Sequence record: MH791411.1
Strand: one strand, 5' to 3'
Length of the DNA stretch: 64,000 bases
Numbering within the stretch: position 1 is the first letter of the stretch; every line of letters begins with the position of its first letter. A program made the translations under genes and the position numbers. The notes beneath the pieces were generated by a model. That model did no database searches, was not told where the DNA came from, and saw only the letters and a list, made by a program, of their open reading frames with translations. Positions 1 to 12,057 of the stretch are shown in pieces.

Positions 1-2228
<2,228 letters not shown>

Positions 2229-2230
2229 TC

Positions 2231-2258
2231 ATTATAGCACAGTTCTGGTGTTTGTCCT
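2231..2258 (-). promoter_or_regulatory. Phage promoter AGGACA-N16-TATAAT with extended -10 (TGC)
   Basis: Same spacing as at least 9 other copies in the window. Confidence 0.75.
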
Positions 2259-2263
2259 AAATT

Positions 2264-2431
2264 TTATTCGGTTGGTACAAACATGACAATGTGTGCCTGA
2301 ACGACTCTAGTACCATCTACCAGTACAAGACCATTGGGACAAACATCAGATACTGCACCAGTTACCTTAAATCCACCAGTTAGGTAGAAGTCATAGATAA
2401 CATTACGCTCAATTGTAAAAATATCACTCAT
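2264..2431 (-). CDS. 55-aa Sm/Hfq-like protein
   Basis: YLTGGFKVTG...LVLVDG..VVQAHIVMFVP aligns by eye to Hfq YLVNGIKLQG...ILLKN..MVYKHAISTVVP; RBS GGAA upstream. Confidence 0.45.
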   Translation of the reverse strand: MSDIFTIERNVIYDFYLTGGFKVTGAVSDVCPNGLVLVDGTRVVQAHIVMFVPTE

Positions 2432-2479
2432 ATAAATTCCATAAGAAAAGGGATTCATAGAATCCCTGTTAGTTTTATT

Positions 2480-3604
2480 TTATAGTTTAAATGGCGAGAA
2501 TGTATCTCCTTGGATATCATTCACAATACCACCAATGATATAAGAACTGATTTCAGTTTCTTGTGGTGCTACCTGTACAGAACTACCACTTACCCAGTGT
2601 TCAGTCCACGGTAGTGGGTTACTCTTGGATACAGTATATGGACATTTGATACCAAGTGCAGTCATACGCTTAGAACCAATCCAGCGAACATACTGTTTAA
2701 GAATTTCAGAGTTCAATCCAATAATAGAACCATCTTTAAAGAGGAAATCTGCCCATGCTTCTTCTTGGCGAATAGCAGACATAAACATTTCCAGTACTTC
2801 ATCATAGCACTCTTCGGCAATTTTTACCATATCTGGATCTTCTTTCTTTAGAAGACGTAAAATCATTTGTGTTGCTGCGAGATGAAGGTTTTCATCACGA
2901 CAAATTAGACGAATAATCTTTGCATTACCTTCCATGAGGTTGTTCTCTGCAAATGCCCATGAACAAGCAAAACTAGCATAGAAACGAACACCTTCAAGAA
3001 TGTTAATACTATTCAAACATAACCATAGTTTTTTCTTTAGATCATACATATTAATTTCAATAGTTTTACCATTAACAGTATGAGTACCTTCACCTAATGC
3101 ACGATACAATGTTCCTAGTTCATCAAGGTCATCATAGTATTTTGAAACATCAGCAGCACAATCAGTGATTTCTGGAATGTCCAACATAGTATCAAAAACT
3201 TCAGATGGATTAGGATAAATGTTACGAATAATATGTGTATATGATTTACTATGAATAGCACCTTCAAAGAACGCCCATGTTTCAATAAAGTTTTCAAGTT
3301 CAGGTAGAGATGCATATGGTAGTAGCATTAGATTAGGACCACGACCTTGAACTGAATCAAGAAGGATTTGACGTTTTAAGTTTGATGTAAAGATATGCTT
3401 CTCAGAATCATTGAGGTTAGCAAAATCAATTTTATCTTTAGATACGTCAACTTCACCTGGTGTCCAGAAGAAACTTTTCTGTTGTTCAGTTAGTTTTTCA
3501 AGTGCAGAGTATTTGTTACTTTCAAAGCGTTGAATATCAACACTTTCATCAAAAAACATATTCTTTTCTAGGTGAGACTTCTCATTAATTTTGAAAACTG
3601 ACAT
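2480..3604 (-). CDS. nrdB: Ribonucleotide reductase class Ia beta subunit
   Basis: FFWTPGEVDVS, LLDSVQGRGP, HSKSYTHI, LEGVRFYASFACSWAF, RDENLH, VAPQETEISSY. Confidence 0.97.
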   Translation of the reverse strand: MSVFKINEKSHLEKNMFFDESVDIQRFESNKYSALEKLTEQQKSFFWTPGEVDVSKDKIDFANLNDSEKHIFTSNLKRQILLDSVQGRGPNLMLLPYASLPELENFIETWAFFEGAIHSKSYTHIIRNIYPNPSEVFDTMLDIPEITDCAADVSKYYDDLDELGTLYRALGEGTHTVNGKTIEINMYDLKKKLWLCLNSINILEGVRFYASFACSWAFAENNLMEGNAKIIRLICRDENLHLAATQMILRLLKKEDPDMVKIAEECYDEVLEMFMSAIRQEEAWADFLFKDGSIIGLNSEILKQYVRWIGSKRMTALGIKCPYTVSKSNPLPWTEHWVSGSSVQVAPQETEISSYIIGGIVNDIQGDTFSPFKL

Positions 3605-3616
3605 ATATATATTCCT

Positions 3617-4390
3617 TTATGTATTAATTTTATGACCCAATTTATATGATAGCCAATGGATATCACTAATTCCTTCTTGTGAACCCAAGTGTAGTGTAAG
3701 TAGTTCATTCCATGTCAAAACTGTATTATTGTCAGGTGTATGAGCATTGTATCGAGCCATACCATCGGCACATGGGTCCAACGCGAGTATTTGATTACCC
3801 GTAATAGTTTTTGCTGGTGCTTCTAACCCCATCAATGAGCGTATATCATCCGATAGTATTTGAAATGCGGATACTGCTGCAACATTTAATGCAGTAATAT
3901 TATCTTTGATAAAATCAACCGTTAAAGTTTGATAATATGAAATATAGTTCTTATCAATATAATCCCATTTATCTTTAATGAAATCAAGTGTTAGTTTTTG
4001 GTATCTGGAAATTTCCGACATTACACCATCTCTAAATTCAACAAGGTCATTCCATTTGTCTTGAATAAAATCTTGTGTTAGTTTTTGATACTTAGCAACA
4101 GTATCCAGAAAGTTATCTTTGAAGTCATTCCATTTTTCCATAATCAATTCCATTGGCATGACTACATATTGTGCAATAACATTTTTATCAAACCACTCCC
4201 ACTTTTCTTTAAGAAAATCAGTTGTCATTGTTTGATATCGAGCTAACATATTAGGGTTCATTTTATCAAAATGTTTTTTTATAAAGTCTTGTGGGAGTTT
4301 TTGATAGCGAACAATCATATCCATATCAAGATCATCCCAAAATTCTTCTATGAATCCAATATCTATTGGACTACGATAGTCAACTTTCAT
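3617..4390 (-). CDS. Tandem ~23-aa repeat protein (YQKLxxDFIxxxW) with a small C-terminal domain
   Basis: About 7 repeats visible; resembles the 'tryptophan repeat' family. Confidence 0.75.
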   Translation of the reverse strand: MKVDYRSPIDIGFIEEFWDDLDMDMIVRYQKLPQDFIKKHFDKMNPNMLARYQTMTTDFLKEKWEWFDKNVIAQYVVMPMELIMEKWNDFKDNFLDTVAKYQKLTQDFIQDKWNDLVEFRDGVMSEISRYQKLTLDFIKDKWDYIDKNYISYYQTLTVDFIKDNITALNVAAVSAFQILSDDIRSLMGLEAPAKTITGNQILALDPCADGMARYNAHTPDNNTVLTWNELLTLHLGSQEGISDIHWLSYKLGHKINT

Positions 4391-4410
4391 TATATCACTC
4401 CTATGAAATA

Positions 4411-4430
4411 AATCCCGCCGAAGCGGGATC
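4411..4430 (-). terminator. Hairpin after nrdA
   Basis: ATCCCGC-CGAA-GCGGGAT. Confidence 0.6.
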
Positions 4431-4435
4431 TTTAA

Positions 4436-6754
4436 TTAGATCTTACAACTATCACAATCACCTTCATCTAAGTCAGGTAGTGTAGGTAACACAAACTGTC
4501 CTGATTCTGGTTTTGCAGCTTCTTTTAGTACTTTCTCAACATCAACTTCATCAGAACCATCATTAGTATTATGATAGTACAGATTTTTCAAACCAACTTT
4601 GTATGCATACATTAGTTCAGTTAGTAGTGTTGACATTGGCAACTTACCATCAGGGAAGTGTGCTGGATTGTAACTGGTATTCACACTAATACTTTGGTCA
4701 ATGTATTTCTGAAGAACACCACAGATTTGTAGATAACCGATGTTATCTTTCTGATCCCATAGTAAATCATATTTGTTTTTCAACTTATTGATTTCAGGAA
4801 CGACTTGTTTAAGAATACCATCTTTAGATAGTTTCTTGGTTACAAGTGAACGAGGTTTCTCAATACCATTAGTACTGTTACTGATTTGTGCACTAGTTTC
4901 TGCTGGCATCAGTGCCATAGTTGTTGCATTACGAATACCATATTGTTTGATATCCTGACGCAATGTTTCCCAATCTTGTTTTAGTTCAGGAGATACCAAC
5001 GCATCAATATCTTCTTTATAGGTATCAATTGGTAGAATACCTTTAGCATATTTTAGTGTGTCAAAACCTTCACACTTACCTTTCTCTTTAGCAAGCTGTA
5101 CGGAAGATTTAATTAGATAATAAGACCATGCTTCAGCCCACTCGTTAACTGTTTCCAATGCAGCTTCATTGTAACGCAAACCACGTTTAGCAAGGAAGTA
5201 TGCAAAGTTAATGATACCAACACCTAATGGGCGGTACATTTTTGTTGCACGATCTGCATGAACTACTGGGTAGTCTTGATAATCCAATAGAGAATCAAGA
5301 GCACGTACAGAAAGATCACAAGCAGTTTCCATATCTTCTGGTCGGTCAAAGTTACCCCAGTTGATTGCACTCAAAGTACATAGACTAATCAAACCTTCAC
5401 CAGTATTAATATCATCAAATGGCACAGATGGTAGTGCGATTTCTTGACACAAGTTGGATTGTTCAATTGGTGCAATTGATTCAATAAAGGTTGAGTGTGT
5501 GTTTGCATGGTCAATGTTTTGAATATAGATACGACCAGTTTCTGCACGCTCAGTCATTAGAGTACTGAATACTTCAACAGCAGATACAGATTTTTTACGA
5601 ATGCTTGGATCAGCTTCATACTTCTTGTACAGCTTTTCAAATTCTTTTTGGTTAGAACAGAATGCTTCATATAGCCCAGGAACTTCATTAGGACTAAAGA
5701 ATGTAATATTCTTGCCATCAACTAAACGTTGATATAGTGTTTTGTTCACTTGGAAACAATAGTCAAGTTGTCGAACACGGTTGAACTCAGTACCTTTGTT
5801 ATTTTTCAGTACTACAAGATTGTCAAATTCCAAATGCCACAATGGGAAGTGGACGGTTGCTGCACCACCACGCACACCACCTTGAGAGCAGCTTTTAACG
5901 GTCTTAGCAGTTGATGCAATGAAAGGAATCAAACCAGTGTGTACTGCATCACCTGAACGAATCTCGGAGTCCAGAGCACGAATGCGGCCCATATTGATAC
6001 CAAGTCCAGCTTTACGGGAAATATAACGTAGTATAGCGTGGTTAGAAGAACCAATACTATCTAGACTATCTCCAACGTTTAGTACTACACAAGAACTAAA
6101 CTGACGTGTATTGGTACGTAGACCAGCCATGATAGGAGTCGGGAGACTGATATCAAAGTTACTAACAGCATCATAAAACTTCTTAACATAAGACATACGT
6201 ACAGAGCGATCATACTCCATAAAGATGATTGCTGCAATGGTCATATATGCCATTTGTGGAGTTTCGTAGATTTTCTTAGTTACGCGATTCTTATATAGAT
6301 ACTTTCCTTCCCACTGACGCATAGCAACATAAGTGAATTTATCATCACGTTTATGTTTGATGTAACGTCCAAGCTCTTCAATTTCTTGAAGTGTGTATTT
6401 CTCAAGAATTTCTGGATCATAGATTTTTGTATCTACCATTTCTTGTAGATGTGCAGTGTATTTGATAGGGTCATAGTCGCCATACACTTGCTTACGGATA
6501 CTATAATTTAGTAAGCGACCAGCAACGTATTGGTAGTTTGGTGTATCTTCAGAAATAAGTTCTGCTGCTGATTTAATCAGAATATCATGAATAGTATTTG
6601 TTTCAATACCTTCAAAGAATTGAAGTTGTGCACGAATTTCAATTTCGGAAACAGATACACCACTCAGCCCTTCGGCAGCAAAAAATAAAATTTGATGGAT
6701 CTTATCCAAAGATAACGGTTCTTTTTTTCCATTACGCTTGGTTACGTTAATCAT
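4436..6754 (-). CDS. nrdA: Ribonucleotide reductase class Ia alpha subunit with N-terminal ATP cone
   Basis: VTKRNG ATP cone, PTPIMAG, QFSSC, QGGVRGG, SNLCQEI, MPAETSAQISNSTNGIE, terminal CDSCKI. Confidence 0.98.
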   Translation of the reverse strand: MINVTKRNGKKEPLSLDKIHQILFFAAEGLSGVSVSEIEIRAQLQFFEGIETNTIHDILIKSAAELISEDTPNYQYVAGRLLNYSIRKQVYGDYDPIKYTAHLQEMVDTKIYDPEILEKYTLQEIEELGRYIKHKRDDKFTYVAMRQWEGKYLYKNRVTKKIYETPQMAYMTIAAIIFMEYDRSVRMSYVKKFYDAVSNFDISLPTPIMAGLRTNTRQFSSCVVLNVGDSLDSIGSSNHAILRYISRKAGLGINMGRIRALDSEIRSGDAVHTGLIPFIASTAKTVKSCSQGGVRGGAATVHFPLWHLEFDNLVVLKNNKGTEFNRVRQLDYCFQVNKTLYQRLVDGKNITFFSPNEVPGLYEAFCSNQKEFEKLYKKYEADPSIRKKSVSAVEVFSTLMTERAETGRIYIQNIDHANTHSTFIESIAPIEQSNLCQEIALPSVPFDDINTGEGLISLCTLSAINWGNFDRPEDMETACDLSVRALDSLLDYQDYPVVHADRATKMYRPLGVGIINFAYFLAKRGLRYNEAALETVNEWAEAWSYYLIKSSVQLAKEKGKCEGFDTLKYAKGILPIDTYKEDIDALVSPELKQDWETLRQDIKQYGIRNATTMALMPAETSAQISNSTNGIEKPRSLVTKKLSKDGILKQVVPEINKLKNKYDLLWDQKDNIGYLQICGVLQKYIDQSISVNTSYNPAHFPDGKLPMSTLLTELMYAYKVGLKNLYYHNTNDGSDEVDVEKVLKEAAKPESGQFVLPTLPDLDEGDCDSCKI

Positions 6755-6802
6755 GTGTCATCCTTGTTATATTGTTTATACAGTTCTTAAATTTTGTGGA
6801 AG

Positions 6803-6822
6803 AAAAAGGCGGGACGCCTTTT
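6803..6822 (-). terminator. Intrinsic terminator
   Basis: AAAAGGCG-GGA-CGCCTTTT. Confidence 0.7.
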
Positions 6823-7402
6823 AAGGTTTGTCCCACCCACGATATACAAATTCTATGTGGTATCCTGAATTTAAATAATCCGCATTAACTATGTCAAATT
6901 GCATATTTCCAGTACTTGAATCATAAACTGGATTACTAAACAGAATAGATAAAATTGCATCAGTACGGCTTGTGTTATTTGACTGTGCAATCATAGTTGA
7001 AGAACCAGCAGCAACAATTTGCACTGTGCCTGATTCTAAAATAGTCTCATTGCTATTATACGCGATGTAGTCGATGAATACACGACTTTCACTTTCAATA
7101 ATAACTTCAACACTCTCTTGGTTTTGTGGAATGTCTACTTCAAATGGACGGTTGATGATTTTGGATACCGTTCTCCACGGTGAGAATTCGGTAATTATTT
7201 CCACGTTCTCTTTACCAGAGTTTGGATCAGTTTCCCATGTACGCCCAGCAACTAAGCTTGCTGGGTCTGATGAGGAAGGTAGGCCGATGAATACACGACC
7301 CACATCAGTACTGAATCCTATCTGGCCTTTTTCCAACGCGTCTGGTAAGTCACGTTGCTTACCAGTTCTTACTTGCTGTAACGCAATTTGTTGTTGTGCC
7401 AT
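6821..7402 (-). CDS. Probable virion protein with an Mtd-N/fibre-anchor-like N-terminus
   Basis: RTG..RDLPDALEKGQIGFSTDVGRVFIG motif; late-type CTAAATA at 7432-7438. Confidence 0.5.
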   Translation of the reverse strand: MAQQQIALQQVRTGKQRDLPDALEKGQIGFSTDVGRVFIGLPSSSDPASLVAGRTWETDPNSGKENVEIITEFSPWRTVSKIINRPFEVDIPQNQESVEVIIESESRVFIDYIAYNSNETILESGTVQIVAAGSSTMIAQSNNTSRTDAILSILFSNPVYDSSTGNMQFDIVNADYLNSGYHIEFVYRGWDKP

Positions 7403-7430
7403 AAAAACTATCTCCTATAGTATTATAGGA

Positions 7431-7988
7431 TTATTTAGCGTTTTCTTTAACTTCAGCAATACGCTCATTGATTAGTTGAGATACAACAGAGCTATCAACG
7501 GAAGAAAGAATTGATTCAGGAACTAGGGATTTCAAGTGTTTTACATAGTTTGCAACACTTTTTAGTTCTTTGGTTTTTAGTGCTTCTTTGATAATATCCA
7601 AATCTTCTTTTGAAGCTTCAACACGTTCAATAACAACAACGTCTTCTTCTTCAACAACAGGTGCTAGTTCTTCAGCGATTACTTGTACTTCTTCAGATAC
7701 TTTAATTTGTTCTTCAGTATCTACTACATATGATTCGATTACTTCTGGTGCAACATTACGAGATACTTCGTCAACACTAATATCTTCAGCAATTTTCTCT
7801 TTGATTACTTCTACAGGTTTTGCACCGCGAGATTTATAATCTTTAATATTAACTAGAAGTTTATTTGAAAGTTGTAGTTTGTCAATTTCTTCATCACTTA
7901 GTTTGATTACTTCATCTAAGGAGTAGCCTTTACTTTCTAGTGCACGAATTGTATATAGGTCTTGTTTCATTTGTTTATGCTGTTCCAT
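7431..7988 (-). CDS. Hypothetical protein with acidic E/V-rich linker
   Basis: Likely start MEQHKQ, overlapping the end of the upstream gene. Confidence 0.7.
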   Translation of the reverse strand: MEQHKQMKQDLYTIRALESKGYSLDEVIKLSDEEIDKLQLSNKLLVNIKDYKSRGAKPVEVIKEKIAEDISVDEVSRNVAPEVIESYVVDTEEQIKVSEEVQVIAEELAPVVEEEDVVVIERVEASKEDLDIIKEALKTKELKSVANYVKHLKSLVPESILSSVDSSVVSQLINERIAEVKENAK

Positions 7989-8694
7989 TTGATTCAATTT
8001 CTCCACGTAAAATATAGTATTGTTCAACTCTACCAATCCACATATCAACCGCATCTTTGAAGTCTTGTCCTTCAATAACGAATTCTTGATATTGTAAATT
8101 GTTAGGATCTTTTCTTACACAGATGAAAATTACACCACGCTCAATATTTGTTCCAAACATTTGATTATGCGATAGTGCATATGCAGCGATTTGCATACGG
8201 TAATTTTCGATATGTTCCCATGTCTTTAATTTACGGGAATTCTTATAGTCCATGATAGAAGGAATACCATCATGAACTCCAACTAAGTCAGTTGTTCCAG
8301 CCCATAATCCTTCATAGAATAATGGAACTTCCTGACCCCACACTTCATTGATTCTAGGCCATGCTTCTTCTTGAATTTTGTCAGCCATTCTACGGGCCAG
8401 AACTCGTATCGGCATACCACCTTGGTGGTCTGGCTTTCCATCCAGACGATATTCTAAGTTCTCGTGCATAAAAGTACCAACAGTACATGCTTCTAATGTA
8501 ATCTCATTAGCTTTCTCTTCACCAACAAATTCTCTCCATTTTTTCAACCCCTCATTGTCAGAGGTGGCACTAAGAATTGTTGTTACTGACGGCAGATTCC
8601 CTGTTGGAGTTGAATAAAGGCGACCTTCGGGGCCGCCTTCAATTCTTTTGTAATCAACGTATGTATATCTGCTAACAATTGGTGGTGTGTACAT
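7975..8694 (-). CDS. PD-(D/E)xK exonuclease (lambda-exo/RecB-like)
   Basis: LPSVTTILS, GTFMHENLE, WAGTTDLVG...IMDYKNS...YRMQIAAYA. Confidence 0.85.
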   Translation of the reverse strand: MYTPPIVSRYTYVDYKRIEGGPEGRLYSTPTGNLPSVTTILSATSDNEGLKKWREFVGEEKANEITLEACTVGTFMHENLEYRLDGKPDHQGGMPIRVLARRMADKIQEEAWPRINEVWGQEVPLFYEGLWAGTTDLVGVHDGIPSIMDYKNSRKLKTWEHIENYRMQIAAYALSHNQMFGTNIERGVIFICVRKDPNNLQYQEFVIEGQDFKDAVDMWIGRVEQYYILRGEIESNGTA

Positions 8695-8707
8695 CCGTGT
8701 ACTCCTA

Positions 8708-8735
8708 ATTATAGCATCGTATTTTTGTTTGTCTC
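8708..8735 (-). promoter_or_regulatory. Phage promoter GAGACA-N16-TATAAT
   Basis: Exact consensus with TGC extended -10, upstream of the exonuclease. Confidence 0.8.
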
Positions 8736-8740
8736 AGTTT

Positions 8741-9070
8741 TTATTGCTTATTTGCTGCAACAGCAGCTTTTGTTGCCCAATCTTCAACTTGGTCTTCAGA
8801 GTTCTGTTCAACTTCACCAGTACTTTCTGAATCATTACCAGTAAATGTTACAACATCCGAATTCGCATCTTGCACAAATGGCAAAGAGTTTAGAATATCC
8901 ATCATAACATTATAAGGAACATCAATGTTGGTTCGCTTTTTGATTTCAGCGATTAAAGATTGTAGGTTCACTTCTTCGCGACCCGATGATACTAAAGACA
9001 ACGCAATAGTAGTAATCATATTGCGTATGTCTTTACCAGGAGCCTCTTCTGTAAGATCTTGAAATCTCAT
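8741..9070 (-). CDS. Hypothetical, probable late/virion protein
   Basis: Clean ORF in a late-promoter operon; LTEE near the N-terminus. Confidence 0.7.
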   Translation of the reverse strand: MRFQDLTEEAPGKDIRNMITTIALSLVSSGREEVNLQSLIAEIKKRTNIDVPYNVMMDILNSLPFVQDANSDVVTFTGNDSESTGEVEQNSEDQVEDWATKAAVAANKQ

Positions 9071-9086
9071 TTAGATTCATCCTTAA

Positions 9087-9719
9087 TTATTTTTTAACGT
9101 ATCCTAGTACACGTTTAACTTTCTTCTCGTTCTCAGATAGCCAAGTTTTCATTTCTTCTTTGTTTTTGAAGAATTTAGTACCTACAGTACCGCGAACACT
9201 TTCCATCTTAATACCAATTTGAGTTGGTTTTACAGATTCTTTCATTTCACGCTCAGTTGGTACTGGCTCAGAAATAATATCTTCTTCGAAATCAGCATCA
9301 GCACCCATGTCGAACGTTGGGGTGTCAGCAGCAATGTCGATATCAACATCTTCACTACCAATATCAGAAACTGCTGGACCATCAGTGATATCACCAGTTA
9401 GTTTTAAAGTTTCAGTACTGATTTTGTCTTTAACATCCATTAGAGTAGTAACTGCATGTTGAAGTAGGTGGCGAACGCTATCACTAAAGTTCTGTGCAGC
9501 ATCAAGACCTTGTTCCGCTTTGATACGGTCAAGTAGTGGGCCTAGAACGTCAACGCCCATGTTGTTGATTACTTCAGACTGACGTTGTAGTTTGTCAACG
9601 ATTTCACCTTTAACAGAGAGAACGATTTCAGCTTTCTCAATATTAGATTCGTTCAATTTGATGAACTTCATTGCTTCAACACGTGAAGCAGATTCCATTA
9701 GTTTTTTGTAGTTAGACAT
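9087..9719 (-). CDS. Hypothetical, probable head-associated protein
   Basis: RBS-supported MSNYKK start; several (L/M)xES motifs; highly-expressed codon usage. Confidence 0.7.
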   Translation of the reverse strand: MSNYKKLMESASRVEAMKFIKLNESNIEKAEIVLSVKGEIVDKLQRQSEVINNMGVDVLGPLLDRIKAEQGLDAAQNFSDSVRHLLQHAVTTLMDVKDKISTETLKLTGDITDGPAVSDIGSEDVDIDIAADTPTFDMGADADFEEDIISEPVPTEREMKESVKPTQIGIKMESVRGTVGTKFFKNKEEMKTWLSENEKKVKRVLGYVKK

Positions 9720-9752
9720 TTGAATTTCCTTATAAAATATCACTAAATTTAT

Positions 9753-10430
9753 TTACTTTATATAACCTTCACTCTTTAGAAAGTTCAGTACACGCTCTTT
9801 GAGTTTGTATGCTTCAGCTTTCTTTTCAGCGATGATGATATCTAAATCTTTTGCTTCATCGTACTTCGACTCATTCAGAACACGTTGACGTTTCTGTGCA
9901 GCCTTCAATGCTTCGGTAATTACATTGGTGTATTGTAAACCGGAACTGATGATACCAAGAACTTTTGCATCTGTCAACATTCTTCCTTCGTTGAGAAGGT
10001 TTACTAGTGTTAGTGCAGCTTCATACATCATAATATTATTCATGATAACTTGAGAACTATGATTACATTTAACACTGTATACTTTTGTTGATTTAGTACC
10101 TTGAATTTTTTCTTCTACTAAACTCCAGTTAGTTTTAGGTTTAGCAGGTGCACGTTGTACAACAGGTTGTGCTGGTTGGTGACCAAGCATGTGTTCATTG
10201 TATGGGGCGTGGAATGGAACAACATGTGGATGTGTCTGTTCTGGATCAACACCATAATTCATACCAGCTTCATTTAATGATGTCAAAATGTCGGTCATTG
10301 CACCGATATCACCACCTGACTTGTAAGGAACACCAGACGCATTATGGGTTGCACCAGCTTCAATGTCATTCAAACCGCTTAACAAATCAGCCATCTGATT
10401 AACTGATTGTTGATCGTACTCGTAATTCAT
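9753..10430 (-). CDS. Hypothetical, probable late/virion protein
   Basis: Clean ORF; LNEA, LVEE, LNEG and LNES motifs. Confidence 0.7.
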   Translation of the reverse strand: MNYEYDQQSVNQMADLLSGLNDIEAGATHNASGVPYKSGGDIGAMTDILTSLNEAGMNYGVDPEQTHPHVVPFHAPYNEHMLGHQPAQPVVQRAPAKPKTNWSLVEEKIQGTKSTKVYSVKCNHSSQVIMNNIMMYEAALTLVNLLNEGRMLTDAKVLGIISSGLQYTNVITEALKAAQKRQRVLNESKYDEAKDLDIIIAEKKAEAYKLKERVLNFLKSEGYIK

Positions 10431-10645
10431 TTATTACTCCTAACAGTTGAATACTCTTCAGTACCGTCATCTTTCTCAACAATATTTAGGACTCCACGAG
10501 ATACCATTTTATCCGCTAGTTCCTGATAGTATTCGTTTACTTTTTCAACTGGCACGGAACCTCGTGCCTTAATTTTCTGTAATAGTCGATATTCTTCGTT
10601 GGAAACCATAGTGTTGTGACCATGAACATTAGGTACAGTTCTCAT
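10427..10645 (-). CDS. Small hypothetical protein
   Basis: Stop/start coupled to both neighbours. Confidence 0.7.
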   Translation of the reverse strand: MRTVPNVHGHNTMVSNEEYRLLQKIKARGSVPVEKVNEYYQELADKMVSRGVLNIVEKDDGTEEYSTVRSNK

Positions 10646-11607
10646 TATCGGCCTCGCATACGGTGACAGAAATCAATGATTTGATCTACCATCTCATCAT
10701 TCTCTTGTTGTGCAGAGTTTGCCATTACACTTTCATCACCATAGATATCATCTTCTTTTTCGATATCAGCGATTGCATGAATCATTTCACCCATACCTGG
10801 TGCGTGTTGTGTTAGTGGAGATGGTGAATTTGGATTACCGTCTGGTTCCATACCAGGCTCACCCATCACTTCACTATTAATTTCTTGTGGTGATTTCTCT
10901 TCACGAATTGTAGTACTTTGATTTTGATTGTCAACTGGAGTTACATCATCCAAAGGGAAAACATTCAATTCGTTTGGCTTAGTGCCACTTTTGGTTACTA
11001 CTAATGATTGTTGTGGATTTTGTCCAGCATCAATACCAACAACTGGTTCAATTGAATCAGTACCGCTTTGACTACCAGGAACACTAACTTTAATGTTATT
11101 AGCATTACGTTGTAGTTCTGCTTGTTTAAGTTTTGCTTGGGTTTGTGGATTAACTTGCTGTTGTTGCTGGGACACATTCATCTTAGCAATCTGTGTAGAT
11201 TTCAATTGGTTTTCAGGATTTTCCAAGTTAGAGGATAAATCTTCAAACACAATAGTTTTTAATTCTTGAATACTCAACTTAGAAACATCAGAGTATGTGA
11301 AGTTACTTTTGTATGCTTCAACTAAGTCTTTCATTGTCATAGAATCAACTGTCTTATGCCAATCAGAACTTTCAACAATATGTTTAGTTACATTGTCAGT
11401 ACTGAAGTATGAGAAACTTTCGCTCATTTGTGCTTTGTACTTTTGTAGAATTTGAAAAATTTCACGGTTATCTGAATTATCCATAGCGGCATTTAGTGTG
11501 ATGAAATCACCCGCATCCATATTATCCAGTACAACAGAAACATCAACATTCAAATTATGTGCGTCAGCAAACTTCTGTAGCTCCGCTGCTGTTTGGTTTA
11601 TATTCAT
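10645..11607 (-). CDS. Hypothetical Q/N/P-rich protein, probable internal head protein
   Basis: First gene after ATAAATA (11653-11659); low-complexity C-half. Confidence 0.7.
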   Translation of the reverse strand: MNINQTAAELQKFADAHNLNVDVSVVLDNMDAGDFITLNAAMDNSDNREIFQILQKYKAQMSESFSYFSTDNVTKHIVESSDWHKTVDSMTMKDLVEAYKSNFTYSDVSKLSIQELKTIVFEDLSSNLENPENQLKSTQIAKMNVSQQQQQVNPQTQAKLKQAELQRNANNIKVSVPGSQSGTDSIEPVVGIDAGQNPQQSLVVTKSGTKPNELNVFPLDDVTPVDNQNQSTTIREEKSPQEINSEVMGEPGMEPDGNPNSPSPLTQHAPGMGEMIHAIADIEKEDDIYGDESVMANSAQQENDEMVDQIIDFCHRMRGR

Positions 11608-11652
11608 AATTACTCCATATAAAATAAAAAAGACCTCTGTCTTGCTTTATGA

Positions 11653-11659
11653 TATTTAT
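11653..11659 (-). promoter_or_regulatory. gp55-type late promoter ATAAATA
   Basis: T4 late box-like motif upstream of the 11607-8741 cluster. Confidence 0.55.
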
Positions 11660-11664
11660 CACAA

Positions 11665-12057
11665 TTAAGAAAAGGTCTGTTTGCTGATGCTAATATTTGT
11701 ATCATTACCTGTTGTGATAAATTTTGTAATTCTTTTACCATTTAATTCTGTCGGTAAAACTAATGGTATTCCATTCAAACGCAAGTCAACATCCATTGGT
11801 ATTGCGAATTTGAAAGTACTAAGAGTACATTTACCCCATGAAACTGGAAGATTATAGAAAGATGCGTTGTTATCTTTATATAGATCTACTTCAGTTTTTA
11901 CTACACTTACCATCATGGGATAATCATGTGCCATAATAGCCTCCAACAATCTCGACAAATTCATAGCACCAGTGAACTTAGAATCGATGATTGTTGGAGT
12001 TGTACCATCACCTATATCTACAACAGTATTAATTGTGTAGAAAGTATATGGTTTCAT
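11665..12057 (-). CDS. Hypothetical protein
   Basis: Clean ORF coupled to the upstream gene. Confidence 0.7.
   Translation of the reverse strand: MKPYTFYTINTVVDIGDGTTPTIIDSKFTGAMNLSRLLEAIMAHDYPMMVSVVKTEVDLYKDNNASFYNLPVSWGKCTLSTFKFAIPMDVDLRLNGIPLVLPTELNGKRITKFITTGNDTNISISKQTFS

Noticed and set aside
4436-6754. Intein or intron in nrdA, pol or helicase
   Set aside because: Lengths and motif spacing are normal and there are no splicing motifs. The PolB insert lacks intein termini.
7975-8694. Cas4/CRISPR association of the PD-(D/E)xK nuclease
   Set aside because: No Fe-S cysteine cluster, no other cas genes and no repeat-spacer array in the window.
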